This document shows positions 10,501 to 16,712 of a DNA stretch of 64,000 bases, in pieces (within the stretch, counting starts at the first letter, position 1; each line of letters opens with the position of its first letter). A program made the position numbers and the translations under genes. Source of the DNA: Patescibacteria group bacterium (GTDB lineage Bacteria > Patescibacteriota > Patescibacteriia > UBA10025 > JAHIVO01); the NCBI GenBank assembly GCA_049325535.1, contig JBMOKY010000001.1:877942-941941 (forward strand). The letters run 5' to 3'. The notes under the pieces are model-generated. The model had not been told where the DNA came from. It saw only the letters and a program-made list of their open reading frames with translations, and did not search any database.

Positions 10501-12745
10501 CAGTCCCTAACGTTGGCGGATCATTGAAATACACCTGTCCGGCCGCCGTCCCAAAGGCTTCGCCAGTCAGGTTCACTGTGGCATTCTGAACGCCGCAATT
10601 CGGCACTGCTTCGCACAGGGTCGGACCGGGCGTTTCTGTGGTATAGATAAATTTAATAATATTGCTCGGCCATGCCCCGCCCGTACCATGTACCTGGATG
10701 CCTACCACGGAATTCGGCACGGCTGTGGGACATTCATACCAATGATGGATGGAAGTATCACAAGCGGTGATGCCGATGGATCCGAGATTATCAGGAACTT
10801 TGATCAGCACCTCATCATCCTCCCAGGTGGTGGTACAATTCGGATAATCAGCGCTCACCCGGGCATAGGAACTGAGATTGATGAAATCCACGGTGCCACC
10901 GGCAGTAAACCCGTTGTTCCCACCCGGCCGTTTTAATAGCGTCACGGCCTGCCCAATACCCCCATGCGCTTGTCCGCTCCGGCCTGACGCTTTACTGATC
11001 TGAGGACTCGATACATCGAATATTTGGTTGTTACTCACATCCTCTGGGTTTGGTCCGATGTCCACTCGGACATTGCCATCGGCAGCGCCGGCTGATGGTG
11101 TGGCACTGGCAAATGCTGCGGGACCCGCCGGAATCCGAGTAGTAATTTCGTCACCAGCGGGACTCCAGCTGACGAGACAGTTGAGATTCGGATTGCCGGT
11201 GCCATCCACGCAGCGCGAATCATGCATCACCTCGCTGTTAAATATGATGTCGCCGGTGATGGATAGATTGCTGCCGGAAATAGTCACTTCCGGTTCATCA
11301 TACCGGCGGCTGACTGGTGAGATGCTGGTAATTTCCGGAGTGCACTGGGTATTGGTCGTATCCGTATCCGCGAAGAAATTCCACGGCACCACCTCGCCGC
11401 CGTTCGGTTGATTTGCGATTGTCATGAAATCATCACCCGGGCTACCATCTTCGTTTGTATTGTAGTCACCGTCCAGATGGTTCAGGCAGACATCCATCAA
11501 ACCATTGGTCGGGTCGTTGTTGCCGGGCGTACCGGCCGTCAGCGTCATGGAATATTCATTACCGGCCGTCATGGTCACCGCCGGCCGCGTGGAAAAAGCA
11601 TCCCACGTGCTAGGAACACCAAACGGGGTTTTCAGGGCAGCCGCCGCACCCGCGGTCAGATCCGTGTAGGTAACGGTACTCGTGTTCATCGACGCTTTGC
11701 GCATCTTCTGGGAAAATGTCACGGCAATCGGCGTATTCAGACAGATATCAGTCGCATTATCCTGGGGGTATATGCCCGTTACCGTCGGGGGTTCATTCAG
11801 CGTCGACGTGCCAGTGGTGAAAAACCACACATGGCCGGCAAACGGCCGTGCGGCTGCAGGCGGCGTGGGCAATTCAGTAATCGCGTCAGTGCAGTTTGGT
11901 CCCGGAGCCGTGCCGCACAGATAGGCCATGTAGGTCGTGTTGGGCAGATGTTCCTGATTCGGCAGAAATTCCAGTACATCACCGCTGGCCTGCCACGTAC
12001 CCGGCACCCAATCGCCCTGGCAAACCCCAGCGCAGATTCCAGAGGCACACTCGGCATCGTTCCCACAGCCCGTTCCGGCTGGCGCGCCTCCGTCCACATA
12101 GAGGAAAGCCGCACCATTGACGTGGGCCGGGTCCACCGTACCGCTAAATTCCGCCTGGACGATGCTGCACATATAAACATTTATCTCGCCATCAGCCGGA
12201 TCGGTATTGGTCACACGGAATGAATTGCCACCGGACACGTCGCATCCCGGCCAGGCATTTTGGTACTGCCAGGTGCCGTCACCGCTGCCATTATCGATAC
12301 ACAGATAACAGCCATTGGCATCGCCAATCGTACAGCTGGATGCACTGGGGTTGGTCAATTCCAGCGCCCGATCAATAATAAACGTAACGATAGCCCAGGC
12401 AAACATGACAATCAACAGCCCGACCACCGCCCGGGTAATAATCTTTTTTGCTTTATCTACTTTGTCCGTATTGCCCGCCGCAGTCATCCAGATAAATCCG
12501 CCGTACATGATGAAAATGACGGCGATCAGCCCAAGAAACCCGAGCGCCCACTGGACGACGCGGATCACGGTGGACATCAGATCAGCAGTACCTAATCCAA
12601 AGGTTGCCCCAAAATTCGGATCAACATCGACCTGCGCCCACGCTGCCGGCGCAATCCCCATCGCCATCGCGGCCATCGCAGCGAAACCAAACAGGACCCC
12701 CGCCAGGGCAAACCAGAAATTTTTGTTTTTCATTCGATTATTCAT
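4553..12745 (-). CDS. Giant (2730 aa) surface protein: N-terminal TrbC/VirB2-like CPR pilin domain, Ig-like/IPT-TIG repeats, Cys-rich modules
   Basis: 8.2-kb ORF; FIMYGGFIWMTAAGNTDKVDKAKKIITRAVVGLLIV pilin motif; repeated Big-like domains; many paired Cys. Confidence 0.8.
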   Translation of the reverse strand: MNNRMKNKNFWFALAGVLFGFAAMAAMAMGIAPAAWAQVDVDPNFGATFGLGTADLMSTVIRVVQWALGFLGLIAVIFIMYGGFIWMTAAGNTDKVDKAKKIITRAVVGLLIVMFAWAIVTFIIDRALELTNPSASSCTIGDANGCYLCIDNGSGDGTWQYQNAWPGCDVSGGNSFRVTNTDPADGEINVYMCSIVQAEFSGTVDPAHVNGAAFLYVDGGAPAGTGCGNDAECASGICAGVCQGDWVPGTWQASGDVLEFLPNQEHLPNTTYMAYLCGTAPGPNCTDAITELPTPPAAARPFAGHVWFFTTGTSTLNEPPTVTGIYPQDNATDICLNTPIAVTFSQKMRKASMNTSTVTYTDLTAGAAAALKTPFGVPSTWDAFSTRPAVTMTAGNEYSMTLTAGTPGNNDPTNGLMDVCLNHLDGDYNTNEDGSPGDDFMTIANQPNGGEVVPWNFFADTDTTNTQCTPEITSISPVSRRYDEPEVTISGSNLSITGDIIFNSEVMHDSRCVDGTGNPNLNCLVSWSPAGDEITTRIPAGPAAFASATPSAGAADGNVRVDIGPNPEDVSNNQIFDVSSPQISKASGRSGQAHGGIGQAVTLLKRPGGNNGFTAGGTVDFINLSSYARVSADYPNCTTTWEDDEVLIKVPDNLGSIGITACDTSIHHWYECPTAVPNSVVGIQVHGTGGAWPSNIIKFIYTTETPGPTLCEAVPNCGVQNATVNLTGEAFGTAAGQVYFNDPPTLGTVLPPWTEGLVTARVPNLANGSYTVNVQDAGGVGSNEKGFSVPCGDIPRVVENPSCAATCVGGPTPGSLCNNDDQCGLGGVCQISMASPNPYKGATDVCVNAAFGARFNMLMNPATISTLNILLDSCGSDPTCAAPVAEPHNMWTGAPVDWFVTRRVAAGVPIDLEPDTYYRVTIRRQVESAAGARMNADYVWMVKTKADTGPCPVEDVMVMPGNAVIYNIGDTEAYSALAIGPNCALLDSSDYTWSWTSDSAIIASVTGSTTPNETATGNALGTTYINASAEGESGRGRLKVDPASCAFNPTRCADPDQDGVNECTGSRCDIYADRCVPVIADYNEDGQMISPQTGIGGSFVTIEGCYFGNTLGTVYFGGNAGVYECVNAWSDHSITVSEPGNPAPNRYLIDVHRPDGRCLGGTNDGTICTDSASCTGGGVCTRFTTSDNSTYGANQTDINTYYFDVSNMCSGICVGGANANQACEDNADCASGNCSGGVPPPSGVAPGICPPLDPASGREGTTVLITGQNFSPATLNPATTRVYYHAGRDDTWDEVVTDRSQAWTNTSISRSQVPDGAVTGGVSVQVNNCPSNSQTFSISCSRNSQCSTGCCQGNICVAAGNCSTGAVGTLCQLPANATNNGTCAVGPLSSGGDYRCIDPAGHRDPNVPLGAGYPPAGEEDCRTCCYPGQVSSTGLTCSTNIRACSGTTRGMYCGCTADAQCTGGTGCGTDTCCTARPAISGWLPATSPLQCRNAAFTVNFSEQMLGSSFVIGSDVTAPGADESVFLVDTTANVTVPARVRKQVSSITVYSTEMLANGHSYEVRLRTELIQSDNGVAMTAAPGWASHAWTIAPAADVCRIDDIEVNFIDYRPGINEYPPLKPTFICSFAGCFPGDFGLPGANLYLFAYPLDQFDNILNGGTSPIQITWTETDPAEVFTPTHTTPVPTPGCPSPADDLLDCFLTSDNHDGTGYFNITADGTSTTFGDLGTFTKSVPVLGTLCTAPWPDPSIDPHPYVDAVTNFSTWYCREDGLPALKSVADIVIKDGAPSVPGEDELIREFFFLRDGTDDAIGIRVMENENRLSPFSWYRRQFGPAAPEPQSLTVDGYPAVRAGRTVYVAATNLVGGVLYANIYLMSYNEEASGETIEIYNRLLKNWSFNTNISGENKGRIQRDIKRLADLSDIAGSLIDYKGAQKEYPRLAGGTFVANVSTSLWPSWQETLGAALNRSMPTDPINKFNSCSGDYDANTCWDDTNKRYICYAGSRSYQYLVTPSGDAASLFTNLEYLGPGSWVNYAGDPYAAIPNASSNCLNYEYGITGTATDRQGPIINSVDSLVAGVNLISGTRAMTVDVVDVPSGVDRVEYYMDGIRTATDSDGSDGWSWSLGTGAYPDGQHTFSVRAYDTVGNRTEVSYTLDINNAGGADTTAPFVRIIVPQNNATVSGAVSIQIDASDNVDIANIYYDILNSSCSTGGGSPNYGHDSMAFPGVQNQASHTFNWDSTAAPNETVCIRAVADDGARLAAATARINVSNPDLVDPAVSIIAPPASPPSVADATPIIISATDNVGIARVDVYIDSQYRGGAGPTGNPDEYSFDWNTKIYPNGDHLLQAYAYDDWGNNTASSVVTVNVDNLENDITPPTVTFVPPTPATGTSVDGLLTIRVDAVDNNAVSRVNFYVDYLQRGIDWVGEPSPPEYWEWQLDTNLLSDGWHRIQVDALDAVGNRSPSIEIRVNVRGPGGPSISNGVVDPETGLPGTAFCILADVVSATGIARVEAVIQYPDEVEIDRVPLTATGAVSYQGSWTSPSSGPERSYYVDIEAESNDGYVSQFENIVGSTGACGGGGAPGAVPVITSTLSRTGTVGTAFSYTITATNSPTSYNATGMPAWMTRTNNVLSGTPTGTGTFSIVISATNASGTTSQTLTVTISNPSTCPVCFYNGPGNCSSYTNSTTCTANQCVWQSTPLPARCRPYDCSTHDGAAAACEARINCTCSGGV

Positions 12746-12800
12746 GCGTCTGCATGACCATTAGTGAAGCATGGAACCTATGGCATCGAATGGACGCAGC

Positions 12801-13244
12801 TCAGGCGTCCAGTTTTGTTTTCAGAATTTGAGAAACGAGCGCGCCGTCCGCCTGGCCTTTGGTCCGCGCCATGACCGCCTTCATCACCACGCCGAATTGT
12901 GGAACGCTCTCCTGCTCAGCCAGTACCGCATCGACAATGCTACCGATCGCGGCTTCATCGAGTTGCGCTGGTAAATATGATTCGATAATGCGTAATTCGG
13001 CCGCTTCTTGTGCAGCCAGTTCTGGTCGATTGCCCTGCTGATATGCCGCCATCGCCTCTTTCCGTTTCTTGGCTTCTGATTTGAGAACTTTCAGCACGGT
13101 ATCCTCGCTCAGCGCTTGTGTCCGGTCAGCGATGCCACGATTGTGTAATGCGTTTTTGAGCAAACGTAAAACTGATAGCCGATCCGCCTCTTTGCGGGTC
13201 ATAGCTTCCTTGATGTCTGCCTCTATGCGATCACGAATACTCAT
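12801..13244 (-). CDS. yqeY: GatB/YqeY domain protein
   Basis: LSVLRLLK...KKRKEAMAAY..GNRPELA...YLPAQL...ADG motif; follows rpsU as usual. Confidence 0.9.
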   Translation of the reverse strand: MSIRDRIEADIKEAMTRKEADRLSVLRLLKNALHNRGIADRTQALSEDTVLKVLKSEAKKRKEAMAAYQQGNRPELAAQEAAELRIIESYLPAQLDEAAIGSIVDAVLAEQESVPQFGVVMKAVMARTKGQADGALVSQILKTKLDA

Positions 13245-13262
13245 GGAAATGCGGGGGACGGA

Positions 13263-13553
13263 TTATTTTTTGCCGATTCTAGCCTGGAGTAATTTCTTGA
13301 TAGTGCCGCGTTTATTGGGACGACGCGGATCGATGAATTCTTCCAGTTTACCAATCTTGCGTAGATATTCTTTTTTATCCTTGATCAGTAGGCGTCGTGC
13401 GGCTGCTTCTTTTTCCTGTAGTTTGCTTTTCTTCGGACTGTAATACCGGCCTTTTTTTGCCCGGAGCAACACGCCCGATGACTGCACTCGCTTGGTAAAT
13501 CGCCGCAAAAGGCTCTCTACTGACTCGCCATCGCGCTTCTTTACTTCAACCAC
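13263..13553 (-). CDS. rpsU: 30S ribosomal protein S21 with C-terminal extension
   Basis: VEVKKRDGESVESLLRRFTKRV; GTG start with SD-like AGAAAGGAAGGT upstream. Confidence 0.85.
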   Translation of the reverse strand: MVEVKKRDGESVESLLRRFTKRVQSSGVLLRAKKGRYYSPKKSKLQEKEAAARRLLIKDKKEYLRKIGKLEEFIDPRRPNKRGTIKKLLQARIGKK

Positions 13554-13625
13554 GTGAATGTCACCTTCCTTTCTAAAAAATGTATTATGATTTCCCTCGG
13601 TTTTTTTATTCCGAAAATCAAACTT

Positions 13626-13655
13626 ACTATAACACTATTTTCCTGATATTGTCAA
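13626..13655 (-). promoter_or_regulatory. Sigma70-type promoter for rpsU
   Basis: TTGACA-18 nt-(TGn)TATAGT on minus strand. Confidence 0.7.
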
Positions 13656-13707
13656 TTTACCCAAAAATTGCCCACTCTGGCTATGTCCACGAGAGCAAAC
13701 GATGGTT

Positions 13708-14052
13708 TTAAAACATAGAGGGGAGCTGGGCGCCACCCAAGAGATGTAGATGCAGATGCGGTATGGTCTGCCCACCATGTGCGCCTGTATTGATGACTAC
13801 CTTATACCCACCATCGCTGATCCTGAGCTGGGTTGCTACCTGCGGAATAGCTGCGAGCATTTCAGCCATCATGGGGTGATCTGCCGGGGTAATCTCCCGC
13901 AGTGACGGCACGTGCCGTTTGGATATAAATAACAGATGCACCGGCGCTTGCGGTTCGATATCCCGGATAACGATAAACGACTGGCCGTCGTGCACGCGCT
14001 CGGCACTGACGACTCCGCTCACGATCCGACAAAAAATGCAGTCATCGGTCAT
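13708..14052 (-). CDS. HIT family nucleotide-binding protein
   Basis: CIFCRIV and HLHLHLLGG histidine triad. Confidence 0.92.
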   Translation of the reverse strand: MTDDCIFCRIVSGVVSAERVHDGQSFIVIRDIEPQAPVHLLFISKRHVPSLREITPADHPMMAEMLAAIPQVATQLRISDGGYKVVINTGAHGGQTIPHLHLHLLGGAQLPSMF

Positions 14053-15503
14053 AATAGTTTCTGCTGGTCAGCGTCCGTCTGCTCCGGCACTGACACCGCA
14101 GGTGATGCCGACCCGTTATTTTGTTTCACGCCGTGTTTCGACAGGCGCTTCTGTAATTCAGGAATCATTTTTTCCGCGTCAAACGTTTCCTGGATGCCAC
14201 TCTCCATGTCACGAATCAGGATGGTATGATCCATCAGCTCCTTCTGTCCGATGATAACCGTAAATTTCACCGCCAGTTTATGCGCCTGCTCCATCTGCGG
14301 CTTCAGACCATTTTTGGAAAAACTTTCCGCTACTCGAAATCCGGCGCTACGCAGCTGACCAAACACCTTAAGAGATTTTTTTCGAGCCTCATCACCGAGC
14401 TGCGCCACAAAAATGTCAGGTCCGGGCAGGGTGGGAATAGAAATGTTACGTTTCTTCAATTCATTGATCAGCCGCTCAATACCAATAGCAAACCCCATGG
14501 CCGACGTCGGTTGTCCGCCGAGCTCCTCGACCAGGTAATCATACCGTCCGCCTCCCCCCAGCGCGCTCTGCGCTGATGGCTTTTCTGTTGCATCAGCCAC
14601 GGCAGTCGCCTCTCCGGCATCGGCCGATGAATTATCAGCAGGAACTTCCGGCAAGTCACTGACCAGTGGCCAGATTTCAAATGCAGTGCGCGAATAATAG
14701 TCCAGCCCACGCACCAACCGGGGATTCAAAACGTAGGGGATATCCAGCTCGTCCAGATGTTCCAGTACTTTCACAAAATGCTGATTTGACTCTTCGTCCA
14801 GGTAGTCAACAATTTGCGGGGCTTCCTGTACCAGCGCCTGGGTATCAGGATGTTTGCTATCCAGGAGCCTCAGTGGGTTCGCCTGTAACCGGAGTGCATC
14901 CTCTTCCGGCAGTGAATTCTTCCGCGTTTTAAAATAATCATGCAACGCCTTGATGTAGTCTTTGCGCGCTTCCGGAGAACCGAGGCTATTGACCTGCAGC
15001 GACACCGGCAACCCCATATCGGCAAACATGGTATAAGCCATCATCATCAGCTGTGCGTCAATCACCGGATGCGCGTCCCCGAGCACCTCAAATCCGAACT
15101 GATAAAACTGCCGATACCGCCCTGCCTGCGGCCGATCATAGCGGAAAAACGGACCAATATAATATAATTTTACAGGCTGCGGACGATTGAGCATACCGTG
15201 TTCTATATAGGCGCGCACCACGCCGGCCGTCCCCTCCGGACGCAGCGCCACGGTTTCGCCGGATTTATCCTCGAACACGTACATCTCTTTTTCCACGATG
15301 TCAGTTTCTTTGCCGACCGAACGGATAAAGAGACTGGCGTCCTCGAGATAGGGCAAATCAATACGCTGAAAACTGAATGTCGAGGCGACCGCATCCACTG
15401 ACCGACGCACATAGTCCCAATACGGCTGCTCGTCAGGTAAAATATCCTTAAACCCTCGCAGCAACTGCGGAGTCTTTTTTGGTTTTTCAGATTTTTTGGG
15501 CAT
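14049..15503 (-). CDS. hisS: Histidine--tRNA ligase
   Basis: LRPEGTA, FRYDRPQAGRYRQF, LVRGLDYY, GGGRYD motifs. Confidence 0.97.
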   Translation of the reverse strand: MPKKSEKPKKTPQLLRGFKDILPDEQPYWDYVRRSVDAVASTFSFQRIDLPYLEDASLFIRSVGKETDIVEKEMYVFEDKSGETVALRPEGTAGVVRAYIEHGMLNRPQPVKLYYIGPFFRYDRPQAGRYRQFYQFGFEVLGDAHPVIDAQLMMMAYTMFADMGLPVSLQVNSLGSPEARKDYIKALHDYFKTRKNSLPEEDALRLQANPLRLLDSKHPDTQALVQEAPQIVDYLDEESNQHFVKVLEHLDELDIPYVLNPRLVRGLDYYSRTAFEIWPLVSDLPEVPADNSSADAGEATAVADATEKPSAQSALGGGGRYDYLVEELGGQPTSAMGFAIGIERLINELKKRNISIPTLPGPDIFVAQLGDEARKKSLKVFGQLRSAGFRVAESFSKNGLKPQMEQAHKLAVKFTVIIGQKELMDHTILIRDMESGIQETFDAEKMIPELQKRLSKHGVKQNNGSASPAVSVPEQTDADQQKLL

Positions 15504-15506
15504 ACA

Positions 15507-16154
15507 TTATGCGGGGGTTAATTGATAGGTCGGCGGGGTAAAAAGGGTAAACGTTTCAAACGGCCAGACGCGAAGCCACGCGCGTCCCACGATTTCCCGA
15601 CGCGGAAGCGGTCCGAAACTGCGCGAGTCGAGGCTCACCGGGCGGTTGTCACCCATCACAAAATACTGATCAGCGCCGAGTTCGACGCGCTGATTTCCGC
15701 TCGTCTGGATATAATCAGCCAGATACGATTCAGGTAAAGCAGCTCCTTCTGGATTCTGTTCATTGATAATCGTCACTCTGCCATCACCGATTTCCACGAC
15801 CTCATGGGGGAGGCCGATGATCCGCTTGATCAAAAATTCAGCTGTATTCTTTGGGTCCCGAATCACCACCACGTCACCTCGCTGCGGATCATTGAATCGA
15901 TAGGTGATTTCGTCGATAATCAAATACTGATTGTCTTCAAAATTCGGTTCCATCGAAGCGCCACGGACATAGAACGGCTGAAACAAAAAATAGCGGATGG
16001 GTATGATGATCACCACTGCGATCAGGACTATCTTAATGAGTTCTATCAAAAAACCCCGCGGCGATTTCGCGTACGCCGGCACGTCGTCTTTGGCTTTCGG
16101 CTTGGCGAGTGACGCCTCTTTTTGGATCGTCTCTCGGTCAGGCGTAATTTTCAT
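15507..16154 (-). CDS. lepB: Signal peptidase I
   Basis: GASMEPNF (Ser), IKRIIGLP (Lys), GDNRPVSLDSR. Confidence 0.95.
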   Translation of the reverse strand: MKITPDRETIQKEASLAKPKAKDDVPAYAKSPRGFLIELIKIVLIAVVIIIPIRYFLFQPFYVRGASMEPNFEDNQYLIIDEITYRFNDPQRGDVVVIRDPKNTAEFLIKRIIGLPHEVVEIGDGRVTIINEQNPEGAALPESYLADYIQTSGNQRVELGADQYFVMGDNRPVSLDSRSFGPLPRREIVGRAWLRVWPFETFTLFTPPTYQLTPA

Positions 16155-16204
16155 ACTTCATACATTGTTAATATATCACCTGCGGTTGTGTTTGGGGATC
16201 GACA

Positions 16205-16278
16205 TGGGCGCGATAGGAGTCGAACCTATGACCTCACGAATGTGAATCGTGCGCTCTAACCAACTGAGCTACGCGCCC
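16205..16278 (-). tRNA. tRNA-Val(CAC), CCA not encoded
   Basis: GGGCGCGTAGCTCAGTTGGTTAGAGCGCACGATTCACATTCGTGAGGTCATAGGTTCGACTCCTATCGCGCCCA folds as a cloverleaf. Confidence 0.95.
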
Positions 16279-16337
16279 GTGAGTTTTTTGTTAATATATC
16301 GTCTGCCTGCAGCGGACTTCAGGTTAAACTCTCTGAT

Positions 16338-16403
16338 GTGCGCTCCCCGCCCGACCGGACGACTCCGGTCGTTCGGGCGGGTAACCAACTGAGCTAATCA
16401 CCC
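16338..16403 (-). pseudogene. tRNA 5' fragment with a 36-bp palindromic insert in the D arm
   Basis: GGGTGATTAGCTCAGTTGGTTA-[36 bp, 9-bp terminal inverted repeats]-GAGCGCAC; no 3' half. Confidence 0.8.
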
Positions 16404-16511
16404 CTGACCTTGGGGTCCCCACGAGCTGCGAAGCAGGTCGTGGGGAAAGGGGCGCACGAGCTGAGGGTGAAGTAGGATGGTGAAACCATCACACGAAACC
16501 CGAACCTCGTG
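16400..16511. repeat. Cluster of GC-rich inverted repeats between the Val tRNAs
   Basis: CCCCACGA/TCGTGGGG (16417-16445) enclosing GCGAAGC; nested CACGAG/CTCGTG, GGGT/ACCC, GATGG/CCATC (16455-16511). Confidence 0.75.
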
Positions 16512-16519
16512 ATGACCCG

Positions 16520-16596
16520 TGGTGGGCGGTGGAGGATTCGAACCTCCGACCTTTACAATGTCAATGTAACGCTCTAACCAACTGAGCTAACCGCCC
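16520..16596 (-). tRNA. tRNA-Val(GAC) with encoded CCA
   Basis: GGGCGGTTAGCTCAGTTGGTTAGAGCGTTACATTGACATTGTAAAGGTCGGAGGTTCGAATCCTCCACCGCCCACCA. Confidence 0.96.
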
Positions 16597-16612
16597 TCAA
16601 GGTTTTATTACT

Positions 16613-16639
16613 GTGACGCTCCCCGCCCGACTGGACGGC
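16613..16639 (-). repeat. Second, truncated copy of the palindrome/tRNA D-stem junction
   Basis: Plus strand GTGACGCTC-CCCGCCCGACTGGACGGC; 16/18 match to the start of the insert at 16346. Confidence 0.7.
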
Positions 16640-16683
16640 GTAAATAATTTCAAATAACCAAGAAAAATCAGCGAATTAGAGGC

Positions 16684-16711
16684 AGTATACCACGAAAAAA
16701 ACGATCGTCAA
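16684..16711 (-). promoter_or_regulatory. Promoter for the tRNA-Val cluster
   Basis: TTGACG-16 nt-(TGn)TATACT on minus strand. Confidence 0.55.
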
Positions 16712-16712
16712 A

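Noticed and set aside
14123-14131. parS site (TGTTTCACG)
   Set aside because: Half-site only, inside hisS; no full palindromic parS was noticed near parAB
16455-16511. Hammerhead ribozyme
   Set aside because: CTGAGGG does not match the CUGAnGA core and the three-stem junction cannot be built
16338-16640. CRISPR array
   Set aside because: Only two partial repeat copies, no regular spacing, and no cas genes in the window
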